DNA of 64,000 nucleotides from Magallana gigas. Lineage: Eukaryota. Numbering within the stretch: the stretch's first letter is position 1; each line of letters starts with the position of its first letter. The position numbers and the translations under genes are program-made. The notes beneath the pieces were generated by a model. That model was not told where the DNA came from, did no database searches, and saw nothing but the letters and a program-made list of their open reading frames with translations. The stretch is from assembly GCF_963853765.1 (NCBI RefSeq), contig NC_088859.1, forward strand, positions 45,756,001-45,820,000, written 5' to 3'. Of this stretch, positions 35,001 through 48,500 are shown piece after piece.

Positions 35001-36398
35001 GCAGCTTATACTAAAAGAAATCAGATTATATATGTCCATTTTGCTATTCATTGTGACTAACGTTTGATCAAGTTTCACTAGTGTTTGAGTTGAAATACGG
35101 ATATAGTACAGATATATTTACCAAGCAATAGGAATTTGAAAACGACAGTATATAGAAATTTGACGTCAAGGCGGCGCAGCAAATATACATCAAATTGATG
35201 GAAATATTCTGAAAAAGACCTTTTAATGCCACACAGTTGCTTTAACAAAAACTATACGATGGCAAGGGATAAAGAACTTCAGTTTATCGTCTTTTTTCAC
35301 TAATTGTTTAGCTAGAATACAGACAAAGTGACCAAATAACAAGTACTTTTTACACACTAACTGATGTCAACAGTTCAAAAATATGTACACAGAATCACGG
35401 TAGAAGATATTTCACAGTAATTTGACCTTTGGTTAGAAATGACCCGATTTTCCCCCACAAAATTCAAGTATAGAGGGAATATGCAAATGTTGACATCTTG
35501 AAATGTAAACAAAAGATGAGAAATGAAGAATTAATTCTAATTTCCCTTTGTTTGTAAGCTGTTTAAAACATAGGATCAATAGGAAGCGTTAAAATGACGT
35601 TGCGGTAAGTTTGCGGTTGCGCCGGGTCACTGGGCGATGGCAACTTGGTCTGCTTACCAGGAATGTTCTAATCATGCTATGGACAATACATTTTTTACAT
35701 TGATAAACTCTATCCTTGTGTACATTTTGGTGAAATTTCAAGGGTTTATCTTTTCCCCCAAGGAAATAAGAGTACATGTCTCAATAATTTCCGAACAACC
35801 CTCGTACTATGTTGTTTAACATAGTACCTGCAGATAGAACATTTTGTATTTAAGTTGGTTGTTTTAAATTTCCACCAACTATATATTTGATCACAGTTAT
35901 GATAATGGAAGTAAATGTACTACATGTATTGGAAACATTTGTGTTTCCTTTGCTTTGGTAGTAGATACTGATTTCTCCACATGTGATTGGCAGACTAATG
36001 GTAGCACGACACTTGACTGATGTTACTGAGTATTATGCCCTCTTTTATATTATTGAAATAACAAAAATAAATGATCTTCATTGTCAGTTATTGGTAATCA
36101 TATATTTCGTTCTACAGGAAGCAGTTTTGACAATGAGTACCTGGTAGTTTATTTTCACTATTTTCTATTGTTTGAATTTTCAAGTTCTGATGACAGTGAA
36201 GAGGAAGAAGATGATGATGAAGAAGAGAAGGAGAGAGAGGAGAAGAACGAAAATGAGGAGGAGGAGGAAGAAGAGGAGAGTGAGGAGCAGCATTCTGCTG
36301 AGGAGTGCAATAAGAGGGACAGTGCTTGTGGAGGCACAGATAAAGGGGAATCTCCCAAATCCAAGCCTCACAAAGGAACCTCAACAAGTCCAACTTAA
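32082..36398 (+). CDS. TSR3: 18S rRNA aminocarboxypropyltransferase TSR3, 6 exons, ~328 aa
   Basis: Exons 32082-32202, 33502-33706, 33988-34181, 34311-34487, 34635-34710 and 36185-36398, all phase-consistent. Motifs [54 protein letters not shown] and KFKWG, with an acidic C-terminal tail. Confidence 0.95.
32422..33244. mobile_element. Degenerate ~820-bp MITE with TA flanks in TSR3 intron 1
   Basis: TA|CCATGTAACAGGTATTTTCTG ... CATAAAATACCTGTTAGACGG|TA (18/21 TIR match). Confidence 0.55.
34763..35804. mobile_element. Non-autonomous Mariner-type transposon (1042 bp) in TSR3 intron 5
   Basis: TA|CGAGGGTTGTTCGGAAATTATTGAGACAT ... ATGTCTCAATAATTTCCGAACAACCCTCG|TA: a perfect 29-bp TIR. No transposase ORF is present. 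Confidence 0.92.
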
Positions 36399-37334
36399 AA
36401 TCTCAATATAGTGAAGAAGCTAGTACATTAGAAGATACACTTTAAACCTGTTTTTAAATGTATATACATGTAATTTATAAAGTATTATGAAAAAGATAAA
36501 TAAATAATGAATTGATGCATTAAAATTGTTTTTTTAGTTACAGATAAAGCGTAAAGCTCTTTTTGTCAAGTAAAAAAAAAGGTGTTTTATTACATGTAGT
36601 ATTCACTGAGTATTAACACTAGTCCTATATTTCTTTTTTTTTTTTAATCTGTATTTTCATTTGAGCTATTTTATGCTGAATTACATACTCAAGTGCTGTA
36701 ATAACAAAATACCAAATTTCCACTTTTCATGGTATAGAGCACAAAAATACAATTTAAAAAAAAAGCATTTTAATATTAAACAAATGCCAAAAATTGCACA
36801 ATATTTAATCTTTGGAAAACAAAAGTAATCTAATGGGACTGCCATGACTATCAAAAAACAGACAATACACAAACTCACTTTTAAATAATGAAGCTAAAAT
36901 GTAAACTGGATTTCATTTATGCATAATAAGTTTTAAATTATATTGTACAAATATGTCAAATTTTAAAACATAAAAAATAAAGCTTACATGTATATGATCA
37001 TCATAACAGTGTAAATATATGGATACAAAATATTCCATCTAAGATCATGAAATTATTACTGACACAAAAATTATACTGTTTGTTGTTCGTTATTCAAATT
37101 CACTGAAATGATAAATGCTTGCAATAATATTTTTTACATACACTGTATAATATCAAAAAATATATTTACATTAATCACCCTAAACACAATGAATTATACA
37201 TGTATTCACTCAAAAATAACTTCTCAATCTTTAATACATGTACTTGGTTGGTCCATACAAGATTAGCAAATTGTCGTTTGCCTATATACACTTGTTGATC
37301 CCGTAATTGCAAGAGGAACAGTCTGAAAAGAAAT

Positions 37335-40300
37335 CTAGGTAACAGTTTCTGGTAAGATAGAATTAGCCTTTTCATTTTCACTATATTTTTTGTCCAGAAA
37401 ATCATCAAACGAAGACCTCAGCACAACACTCTGCAAAGCTCCAACCAAAAATGTCCAGCTGTAAAATGTAAATAATTACTTATATTATACAATAATACAT
37501 ATAATACATATATATCATATTATTACATAATATTGATATTAGTACGTGTATATGTTATATGGTGATAAAAGTCTGTTAAAACAAGGATAATGATCTATTC
37601 ATCGTACGATTGCCATTACCTTCTAGTGAGCATCTTTACTTTTTTGGTTATGAATTCTTTGACTCCATCCAAGAAAGTCTTTTCCTTTACTTCAGTGTGC
37701 CTTCTTTCAATTTCTTGCCTCACATCATCAACATATGGGTCCTGTCTGGATAGTTTTCTCTTGATAGCTGTTTCTGGAATGATAGAGACATGTAATACTA
37801 TATGCACCCTGGTACTTTTATTAAAAATATGCATTGAAAGGTTTAATTCAAAATTTCCAAAGCAAAGATGGATCATATACTGAATGTACAAAAAAATATT
37901 TAAAACATAGGTAATCACAGATTACAAAGCTCACCAAGAGGAGACATCACCCTTATGAGACTTCACCTTTATGTGACCACCTTAATCATATTTAATGAAA
38001 ATCATACTTTATGATCTTGGATATTCATGGATTCTGTTTTGACACAATATCGTATATCATCTGTTAAAAAATTGTATGATAATCATATGTTCATATGTTA
38101 ATCAATACAATAATATAAAATTAAATATTGCATCCTATCATATTAACAACATATATCATATACTACAATAAAATACCATAATAAACAATGATGAGATATA
38201 ATATTGTAACGTATGATATGACATTGTATAGTGTTATACGTTATTGTATTTGATCACATAATACAATATCATAATATATAAAACAATATAGTATTATATT
38301 AAAATATCATATTACATAATACATCTTAACATTGAAACATATGATATTATATTGTATAATATAGTATTATATTTTGTTATACTTTCATGTTAAATACTGA
38401 AATCTGATTGGTTAAGACGCAGTTAATAATATTTACTATTACCCTCAGCATTAGCAACGCACTTGGCAACGGGTAACATTAAAAAATGTTACATGCGCGA
38501 AAATTATGCGCGTACGGTTCGCTGTAGAATTCACGTTATTCCTATATAAAAGCAGTAAAATTTTCTTAAAAATTTAAAAAAAGACATTCAGTATAACAAA
38601 ATAAATAGTGCCTGTTTGGGAGGATAACAGTTGAAATTGACACCCCTCGAAAACCATTGTCAACCTCCGCTTCGCGTCGGTTGACAATGGTTTTCTCGGG
38701 GTGTCAATTTCAACTGTTACCCTCCCAAACAGGCACTATTTATATAGTATGATTCTTTATCATTTTTGATACATAATATGATATTGTATCATATGATACA
38801 ATATAATTTGATACAACATTGTATCATATCAAATGATACAATATTATGTGATAATATATAATATAACAGTATAATATTAAACAATTTCATGTGATATAAT
38901 TCTATATTACAGAAACTAATATCATATTATACAATATCGTATGATACAATATTATAGAACATACAATATTGTATCATAGGATACAATATTATATTTTGCA
39001 ATATCTTATGTAATAGTATCATGTGATAAAATAATAAATTAATAATACAAATAATATTATACAATATTGTATCATAATATACAATACTATACATATTAAA
39101 CGATATCATGATACAATATCATAACATAAAATATCAAACAAATTAATACAATATCATATCATATAACTTTTTATTATATTACATATGATATTATATTGTA
39201 TCATATTAAACAATATTGTTTCATACCATACAATACTATATCATAGGAATCATGTGATATGATTTATCAACAAACACATCTATCTATCAAGCAGGTTTGA
39301 GTGAGGTAGGAGATTTCTTTAGCATCCTTGATTATGGAGATCAGGCTCTGCATCTGAAGCAACCTCTGCCTTTCATTTATAATATAGTTAAATCAACTAT
39401 GCAAGCTATCATCTATAAAACATGTGACCTGTTCCAAAAAGCTAAACCTCATCCAGCATCCGAAACCTATGGCTCAGATTCAGCATTCAAGCCTGTCAGG
39501 TGCATCAGTATACATAAGACGCATCTCCATGCCAGTTTGGTGAAGTTCAGACCAGTCTAAGATATCATCATCAGAGGGCACTAGCAATTAAAACCTTAAC
39601 CTGCTCCAGCATCCGCAACCTATGGCTCAGATTCAACATCCATGCCTGTCAGGTGCATCTGTATCATAAGACACACCATCCATTCAAGTTTGGTGAAGTT
39701 AGGACCTGTAATAACTAAAATATATTTTTTAGCATCCTTGATAATGGAGATCAAGCTCTGCATCTGAAGCTTCCTCTGTGATTCATTCATATTACAGTTT
39801 AATCAACTATGCAAGTTTGAAATAGTACTATTATCTATTAAACATGTGACCTGTTCCAAAAAACTTAACCATATCCAGCATCTGAAACCTATGGCTCAGA
39901 CTCAGCATTCAAGCCTGTCAGGTGCATCAGTATCATAAGACGCACCATCCATGGAAGTCTGGTGAAGTTAGGACAAGTAATAACTAAGATATAATCATCA
40001 AAGGGCACCTGTTTCAAAAACTTTAACCAGCTCTAAAAACATTAACCACCTCCAGCATCCGAAACCTATGGTTCAGATTCAGCATTCAAGCCTGTCTGGT
40101 GCATCAGTATCATAAGACGCACCATCCATGGAAGTCTGGTGAAGTTAGGACAAGTAGTAACTAAGATATAATCATCAGAGGGCACCTGCAACAAAAACTT
40201 TAACAAGCTCTTAAAACCTTAACCTCATTCAGCATCTCTTACCTATAGCTCAGATTCAGCACCCAAGCCTGCCTGGTGCATCAGTATCATAAGACACACC

Positions 40301-42520
40301 ATCAATGCAAGTTTGGTGAAGTACGGACCAGCAGTAACTTAGATATTACTATCAAAGGGCACCTGCAACAAAAACTTTAACCTGCTCCAAAAACCTTAAC
40401 CTCCTCCAGCATCTGAAACCTATAGCTCAGATTGAGCACTCAAGCCTGTCTGGTGCATCAGTATCATAAGACACACCATCCATGCAAGTTTGGTGAAGTA
40501 TGGACCTGCAGTAACTTAGATATTGCTATCAAAGGGCACCTGCAACAAAAACTTTAACCTGGTCCAACAACCTTAACCTCCTCCAGCATCTGAAATTTAG
40601 GACTCAGATTCAGCATCCAAGTCTTTCAAGTCCATAAGTAGGTCCAGATGCATCATCCATGCAAGTTTGGTGAAGATAGGACAAGTAATAGCTTAGATAC
40701 AGGACCTGCAACAAAAACTTTAACCAGGTTCCGGACGCCGACGCCGAGGGTATAGCATAAGCTCCCCCTGACTTCGTCTCGGTGAGCTAAAAAATGACCA
40801 ACATTCACACAAGTAAACTCATTGCAACAGAATCAACTCACCTGCACTTATATTTTTCTCACTCATTGTTTTCTCAACTGTCTCCACCTTCTCCATAATT
40901 TCGACATAAGTAGTGTTGATATAGATATACATGTAACAGGAAGGTTCCTCAGACACTGTGTGAACTTTGTGGAACTGACCAGGGGGCACCTGCAAAATAC
41001 CCAAAAAATTTAATGTTGACTTCAGCAATGGTAAAAGTGAAACATCAACTGAATGTACATGTATTTATTTCTTTAAAAGAACATCATCATCAAGGGGGGA
41101 TTTGAATCAACATGTCTGTTTGTCCACCTGTCTGTCCAACTTTCATGTCCGATTCAAAACTTTTCTGAGAAGTTACACCAGTAAAGTTGCCTATGACCCA
41201 AGGATGACCCTGATGAGGTCATTGGGCAAGGTTAAGGTCACTCCATTGCATTACTTAAAATATTTAAGTGTCCCAGCTGCTCACCTGAATTTTATCACCT
41301 GGGTTGAGGCTGTAATTCTTTTTTAGCTCCACAAGCTCCACCAAAACACTCCCCGATAGTAAAGTGATGCTAGTGTTCCCAAGATCTTCTTGGATAAAAG
41401 CTTCCAGGTGAAGCCCTGAAGATGGAAATAAAGGGAGACTACTTGTGACTTCAGAGTGTTAAGAGAATACTTTATAATAATATAATTTAAAAGTATGAAT
41501 ACAATAGGTTAACAAACATTTAATGATTTACTGTACTGAATAGGTATTACAAATATATTACCTGGGAAATCTGCCACAAAAACAACATCTGTATAGTTAG
41601 AGGTATCTATCAGCTCCTTTTCCATCTCCTGTAACTTGGATCTCCATGGTGATAAATCAAGTAGCAATGGCATAGCAAAGGAGACCTCTTTAAAGGGGGA
41701 CCACTCCACATCCATTATATTTACTCTGGGGTCAAACATTCTGTCATGTTCAAATGCAAAATTTATTAACACAGTGCCTTTATTTAAGTATACAACCAAG
41801 TCAACTTTACATGATTTGCACTCGTAAAAGTAATGGTAGTTTATACAACATATATACAGGCAACAAAAGAAAAAAAAAATCGTAGGAGACATCAAAACAA
41901 ACCTTTGTTGAAATCTTTTATTCATTGATTTCCAAATGTCAAAATAGAGTTCCACTGACATGTTGTAATTTTTCAAGATGTCTGCCACACAATGTGCATA
42001 CTGGACTACCATGTCTCCATGGCTACTCCATCTTTTTCCAACACTATCAACAAATGCCTATGATAAAATAAAAACAACAAATGTTATTGTTTTTTATAAA
42101 ACTGAACCAACAGTTAAGGTTACTTATACCTGTAAAAGTGCCATCCCATCTGAAATTGTCTTTCTTTGTATATACCTAAAAATTTTCTTTGAAATATCTT
42201 GCCAATTGCAGTGATCTTAAAAAATGTGAGACTTACAGCCGGATCAAGGAACCCTTCTTTTCCTGAGATCTTGTCCTTATAGGAGAGTCGCACATGCTGT
42301 GTTGTCCAGGAATGAACCATCATATCCCAGGAGTAACCATAGAGACCATTGGTCCAGTTGTTGTACCCCTATAACACAGAGTCCCATTCTTACAGTTCTC
42401 TTTTATGTGTTAATAATATGTACAATATATACATGTACCAGTAAAAAACAAGTAGAGGTTACCTAAAAATCAACCATAGTTGTTCCAAAAATCAATAAAA
42501 CACCAAAAAAGCTTGCAACA

Positions 42521-42568
<48 letters not shown>

Positions 42569-45500
42569 CATGCTTACTTGATAATAGATTTAAAATGGTG
42601 ATACACAGGTAGAGAGAAAATGATGATTCATCAAAATTTTACCTTTGTTATTCCATGGGAATATGGCAGGAACAGTTGTATAGCAATATGTATAATGGTA
42701 AATGTGACTCCAAGTCTGTGAACCAGTGAGGGAGAGGTGGGTGGGGCTGATTGGGAGTTAACAGGAACTTTATTATCCTGTGCATAGGGAAAAAAGTTTT
42801 TAAAATAACATGAAATAAAGAAAATAATATAAGAAAAACATACCCAAAGAGTTTGAAACAATAACTTTTCTTTTTATTACATACATGTACATGAAAACTG
42901 AAGATTGTTTAGAATGAAAGTTCAGACTGTTTGGTTTTACAACTATCCTTAATTATCCATAATATGGGTAAGTTATGCACCATTATCATACCAGATTCTC
43001 TCCCTCTGGCTTGATCTCCTCTTTGCTATATAAACAGTGAGAACTGGATTGGATTTCTGTTTCGGTCGAAAACAGAACTCTCAAAAACTTTGGCAGTCTG
43101 GGAATGACTTTCCTTGGCCAATCCACAGCACAGAATAATGGCAGAGTTGCAAGCATGGCATAGGGAAACATTCCTGGAAAAATCATATAGTAATATATTT
43201 TATTATATACCCATCACTTTTCCCTTCTTGATAGTGTCAAGTTTACATCAATATCTATACTTACCTGCATCAACTTTTTGCATTTTCCCCGAGCTGCCTA
43301 CGATCATGCCTGAACTTTTGAGACCACCCCTGTGGTATCATCTAGTGTTTACCCATAATGCACAAGCATACTTCCGTTTCAGTTTTGTTCGGGCATTCGA
43401 GAAGAAAAGCCGCGTGTTTTTCTTCGATTAAAATTTCTTAAGCCTGCGGTCTTAAAATGTCTGATTCATTTAAAATTTGCGTAAAATGTAATAGAGAAAT
43501 GACCGTTTTGGATGACCACGCAGAGTGCTATAGACACAGAGTTTGCAACGAAGCATTTCCATGCGAAGTTTGCAGTAAGTGGTCAGAGGAAAAACGGACG
43601 TTGATCAGAAAGATGATCGAGCGAAAGAAATCTGAAGCGGGGAGAAAGTCAGCTACATTGCCAAATCCAGAAGTTCCCTCTGTGGGGAATAGTGGCAATC
43701 GTTCTGATAGTCAAGTTTCCTCTGCGGGAAACGTAGCTGCGTCAGAAATTCTTTCTCCGACAGAAATGAGTCAAAATGGCGGCGACTTGACGCAGGGTTC
43801 AGTCCCACCTCAAGTAGGTAATTTTCCGCCTTTCGTGTTGGGGAATTTCGAAGCCCAATGGCAGCAATATCAAGAGAATTGCATGAAAAGGTTGATTGAC
43901 GCTAGAATTAAAGAGTTGGTCCAGGATTCGAATAAACAACCGACTATTGCTATTACGTCTGATGTTCGTTCAGACAGGGCGTGTAACAGGTTCGATAGAT
44001 TTCGACCGTCAGATGATCAACGCTCCAGAGAATCGGTTGACGATGATCTGGTAAGCCACAGAGGTGAAACTGATCAAGTCTTAAGCAATTCACTTGATGA
44101 TGTTATTGATGTTCACGAGGATAATCGTTCAGAGTTTGATAACTCTGTCTTGGGTTCAGTACATACGCATGACACAGACTCTAATGGTTCATGCATGGTA
44201 GACTGGAAAAATTTTGTTAAAAAAGTGTCTACAGAACTGAACATCAACTCAGTTGATGCCTCTGAAACTCAGAGCCGAGACTTCAAATCATACATGTCAA
44301 ATCGTTTGATTGGGACAAAATCATCTACCCCACAACAGTCTTTGCCTATGGATGGGTACATTTTAAACACATTAACAGATGTTGATGAAGAATTCCAGCG
44401 AAAAGGTGCGATTCGGACTTATAAAGCATCAGATGATGAAAAATACCGAGTCGCTTCTTCCGACTTTGACAAGTACTGCACAACGCCGCGCCTTGATGAC
44501 AACATTGAGGACAGCAGTTTTACAACAGGGAGAAAAGGAAACAAAAATTCTTATCGTTTCCGCAACCCTATGTTGCATTCACGCAACAATGAGTTATGGA
44601 AGATAGATCAAGGATCTCGACTTCTTCTAAGAGAGTTGACATATGCCTCTCTAATTACGTCCTACGTTGATAACGTTGTATCTGATGAGGACAAGACAGA
44701 GGCCCTACAAGCACTCATGCAGGTGTTCAAGTCAATGGCTGATGTTACTTCCCGCATGTTAGTGGGTGCAGTTGCAGCCCGCAGAGCCATTCACATTGAG
44801 GATTTGGCTTTTAAAAACAAAGCAACTGAAAACAAACTCCTTGTACAGACAACTCTGAATCCTAAGCTCTTTTGTGGGAAGTATTTTGATATTCTTCACG
44901 CAAGTGCAGAAAGTATGCGCGATGCTAAAGAAACACAGCACCTGAGGGGTTCAAAGCAGAGAGATGGTTCAGCCCTCAGCTCTGCAAGGAAAAGAAAGAG
45001 AGATGATTCAGTGGGCACCTCGGAACCGAAAGAACAGCAGTCATCCTTTGCAAAGAAGGGAAAGTTTGCTGCAGAAAAGAATCAAAAGACTACTATAGGA
45101 AGAGGACGAAATTTCAATTCAAGAGGTTCCTTCAGAGGTCAAACTCGTGGCTCTGCACAAGATCGTTTGGGGTTTCGTCCCCCAAAGTAATTTTGACGGA
45201 TCAATTAGAGACTCGACTCGAGTTGCAGAAATCAGCCAAAGTAGGCTGTCGGATCATTTCGTACCACAGGGAGTGGATGAAAATTACATCCGACGATTGG
45301 ATTTTAAAAATAGTCCAGGAAGGACTCAAACTTGTGTTCATAAAACATCCTCCAAATACAGGAGTAAGAATAACAAATGTACAAGATGTCGTCCAAAGAC
45401 AATGTATTTTAGAAGAAATAGAAAGTTTATTAGAAAAGCATGCCATAGAGATTGTTCCCAAGACCCAGGAAGGTCAGGGGTTTTACAGCACCTTTTTTGT

Positions 45501-48500
45501 TGTTCCAAAACGAGACGGAGGTTACCGTCCGATTCTCAATTTGAAACCGTTAAATATATTTCTCCAAAATCAACATTTCAAGATGGAGTCTCTAAGGTCA
45601 GTAATACAGGCTCTGAATGTAGGAGACTGGGTGGCATCAATAGATCTAAAGGATGCATATCTACATGTTCCAATTTATCCAGAAGACAGGAAATACCTCA
45701 GGTTTTGCATAGACAATATCCATTATCAATTCAGGTCAATGCCCTTCGGTCTAGCAACAGCCCCAAGAGTGTTTACGAAATTAATGGGGGCAATAGGTGC
45801 ACATCTAAGAAGTCAACAGATTTCCATTTATATGTACCTGGACGATTGGCTTCTCAAAAATGCAGATCGAATGACATTAGTTCATCAACTAAGGAGAACT
45901 TTGTTTCTGCTGATGGACTTGGGCCTGGTAATAAATCAATCCAAGTCAATTCTGCAGCCAACGCAACAGATAACTTATCTTGGAGCACTATTCAACCTCC
46001 AACAGGGTATGGTCTACCCCAGTTTGGACCGTTTTCTCAGTCTGTTTGGGGCAATTTCTACCATGGTTATGGAATCTTTTATCCCAGCACGTACATTCCT
46101 CAGAATCCTTGGTTTAATGGCAGCCTGTATAGATTTGGTACCTCTTGCCAGACTCAAGATGCGTCCCATTCAGTTCTGCCTTCTGTCCCAGTGGCGTCCA
46201 CATGTGGACGAACTGGATCATCTGATTCAAATGGACAGTTTCCTCATCCCACATCTTCTCTGGTGGATAGAGAGAGGGAATGTTCTGGCAGGAACGTCTA
46301 TTCTGAGCTTCAGAGCAGACCTAACCTTGTGGACGGATGCATCAACTTACGGGTGGGGAGCCCACCTAGAGGATCGCAATGTGTCGGGGAAATGGACGGT
46401 GATAGAACAGTCATCACATATAAATCTGTTGGAACTCAGTGCAGTGGAGAATGCACTTCATCACTTCAGGGACAATGTCAAACACAGGCAAGTCTTGCTG
46501 AGGACAGACAATTCAACAGTAGTGTCTTACATCAATCGCCAAGGGGGGACAAAGTCTGCAGCCCTATGCGTGATGACATGGAGGATTCTGCATTGGTGTC
46601 ACCTTCTCGGGATACAGCTCAAAGCAGCTCACATTCCAGGGAAAAAGAATGTAATAGCGGATCAGTTGTCCAGAGGGCGACAAATTCCCAAGATGACAGA
46701 ATGGAGTCTCAACCAAGAAATAGTTCAGCAGATTTTTCGAGTTTTTCCCACTCCAAACATAGATTTATTCGCAACAAGGGAAAACCGGAAACTAGCAGTG
46801 TTTTGTTCTCCGTTTCCAGACCCCTTGGCATGGGAATGCGATGCGCTAGCTGTAGATTGGACAGGAATGTTTGCATATGCATTTCCGCCTCCCATATTAA
46901 TTCCGAAAGTACTCAGGAAAGTGGAACAGGAGTCGTGTGTTCTTCTCCTCATCGCTCCGTTTTCACCAAGACAGTCATGGTTTCCAGACCTACTACATCT
47001 ATTGGTCGACATTCCAAGGGAACTTCCAATAATAAGAGACATGTTGACTCAAAGAAGAGGGCAGTTCATTCATCCAAGTCCAGAAAGTCTGCATCTGGCG
47101 GTTTGGAAAATTTCAAACAACAAAGAACAGAGAATAGATTTTCTGAGAAAGCTAAGTCATTTATCTTCAACTCACGAAGACAGTCAACAAGAAAAATGTA
47201 TGATGCTAGAATACGAATCTACAAGGAATGGTGTGCCAAGAACCAAAAGGATTCAGTTGAGGCCACTGTAGCTGATTTAGCAGACTTCTTCATCTATTTG
47301 CATGAAGAACGTAGTTGTAAGCCAAATACTTTAATGGGTTATAGGTCAGCGATAGCATCTATGCATAAGGGTTGGAGCAATAGTTCTGTCAGTAACAACA
47401 CTGATCTGTCAAAGTTAATAAAAGGAATATACAATTCTGAACCTAATGTACGACCATTACTTCCAAATTGGGATTTGCCGACTGTTCTTTGGAAGTTGTG
47501 TGACTCCCCATTTGAACCGATGAATTCATGCGATATGAAGTACCTTACATGGAAGACAGTGTTCCTTGTGGCTCTGGCAACAGCATCAAGAGTAAGCGAA
47601 ATTCAAGCTCTTTCAATTGGAGAGTCACATTTACGTCTTGAGCAGAATGGAATACGTTTATTACCAAATATACAGTTTTTAGCCAAAACTCAGAGATTAG
47701 GAAAGCCATGGAAACCAATATTCATACCAGAGTTTAATAGCTTTGCAACAGACAGTAGAGACTTGCTTTTGTGTCCTTGTAGAGCACTTAAAATGTACCT
47801 AAAAAGGACAGAGTCTTCTCGTGGTGATGAAAAGTGTTTATTCTTGACTTACAAATCGGACTCGCAAAAACCAGCATCCAAGAATTCAATTTCAAGATGG
47901 ATTGTGTCACTAGTAAAGTTTGTGTATGAACATAACAGTGAGACCTTATCTCATGTGCGTGCACATGATACAAGACGATTGGCAACTTCATGGGCCCTTT
48001 TCAATGGTGCAACTCTAGAAGAAATTCTACAGACAGCTCATTGGGCAACAGAAAACACCTTTACTTCATTCTATATGAGAGATGTTCCTCAAGGAGAAGC
48101 TCGCTTTGCCAAGTCATCAGTTCTTGATACATCGAGATGGGCAAAAGAAAAAGAACAAAAATAGAATATCTTTTTGGGTGAGTGTATTCTTTATTTTACT
48201 ATTATATGATAGTGATTGTAATCCCGCCCAATATTTCTGCTACAAATTCTGCAAAAAGTTGATGCAGGTAAGTATAGATATTGATGTAAACTGGAGGTTT
48301 TTAAAGGTAAAACCCCTGTTTACGAGATATCTATACTTACCTGCATCACCCACCCCTGTTAATTGGGTCCTAGTTGTGTAGGCCCTCACAAAACTGAAAC
48401 GGAAGTATGCTTGTGCATTATGGGTAAACACTAGATGATACCACAGGGGTGGTCTCAAAAGTTCAGGCATGATCGTAGGCAGCTCGGGGAAAATGCAAAA

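Noticed and set aside
36112-36411. Several overlapping ORFs on both strands
   Set aside because: They are shadow frames of the low-complexity acidic TSR3 last exon.
46740-47120. Methylase domain as a bacterial restriction-modification gene or contamination
   Set aside because: It is the standard C-terminal domain of DIRS1 pol, in frame with RT and RNase H.
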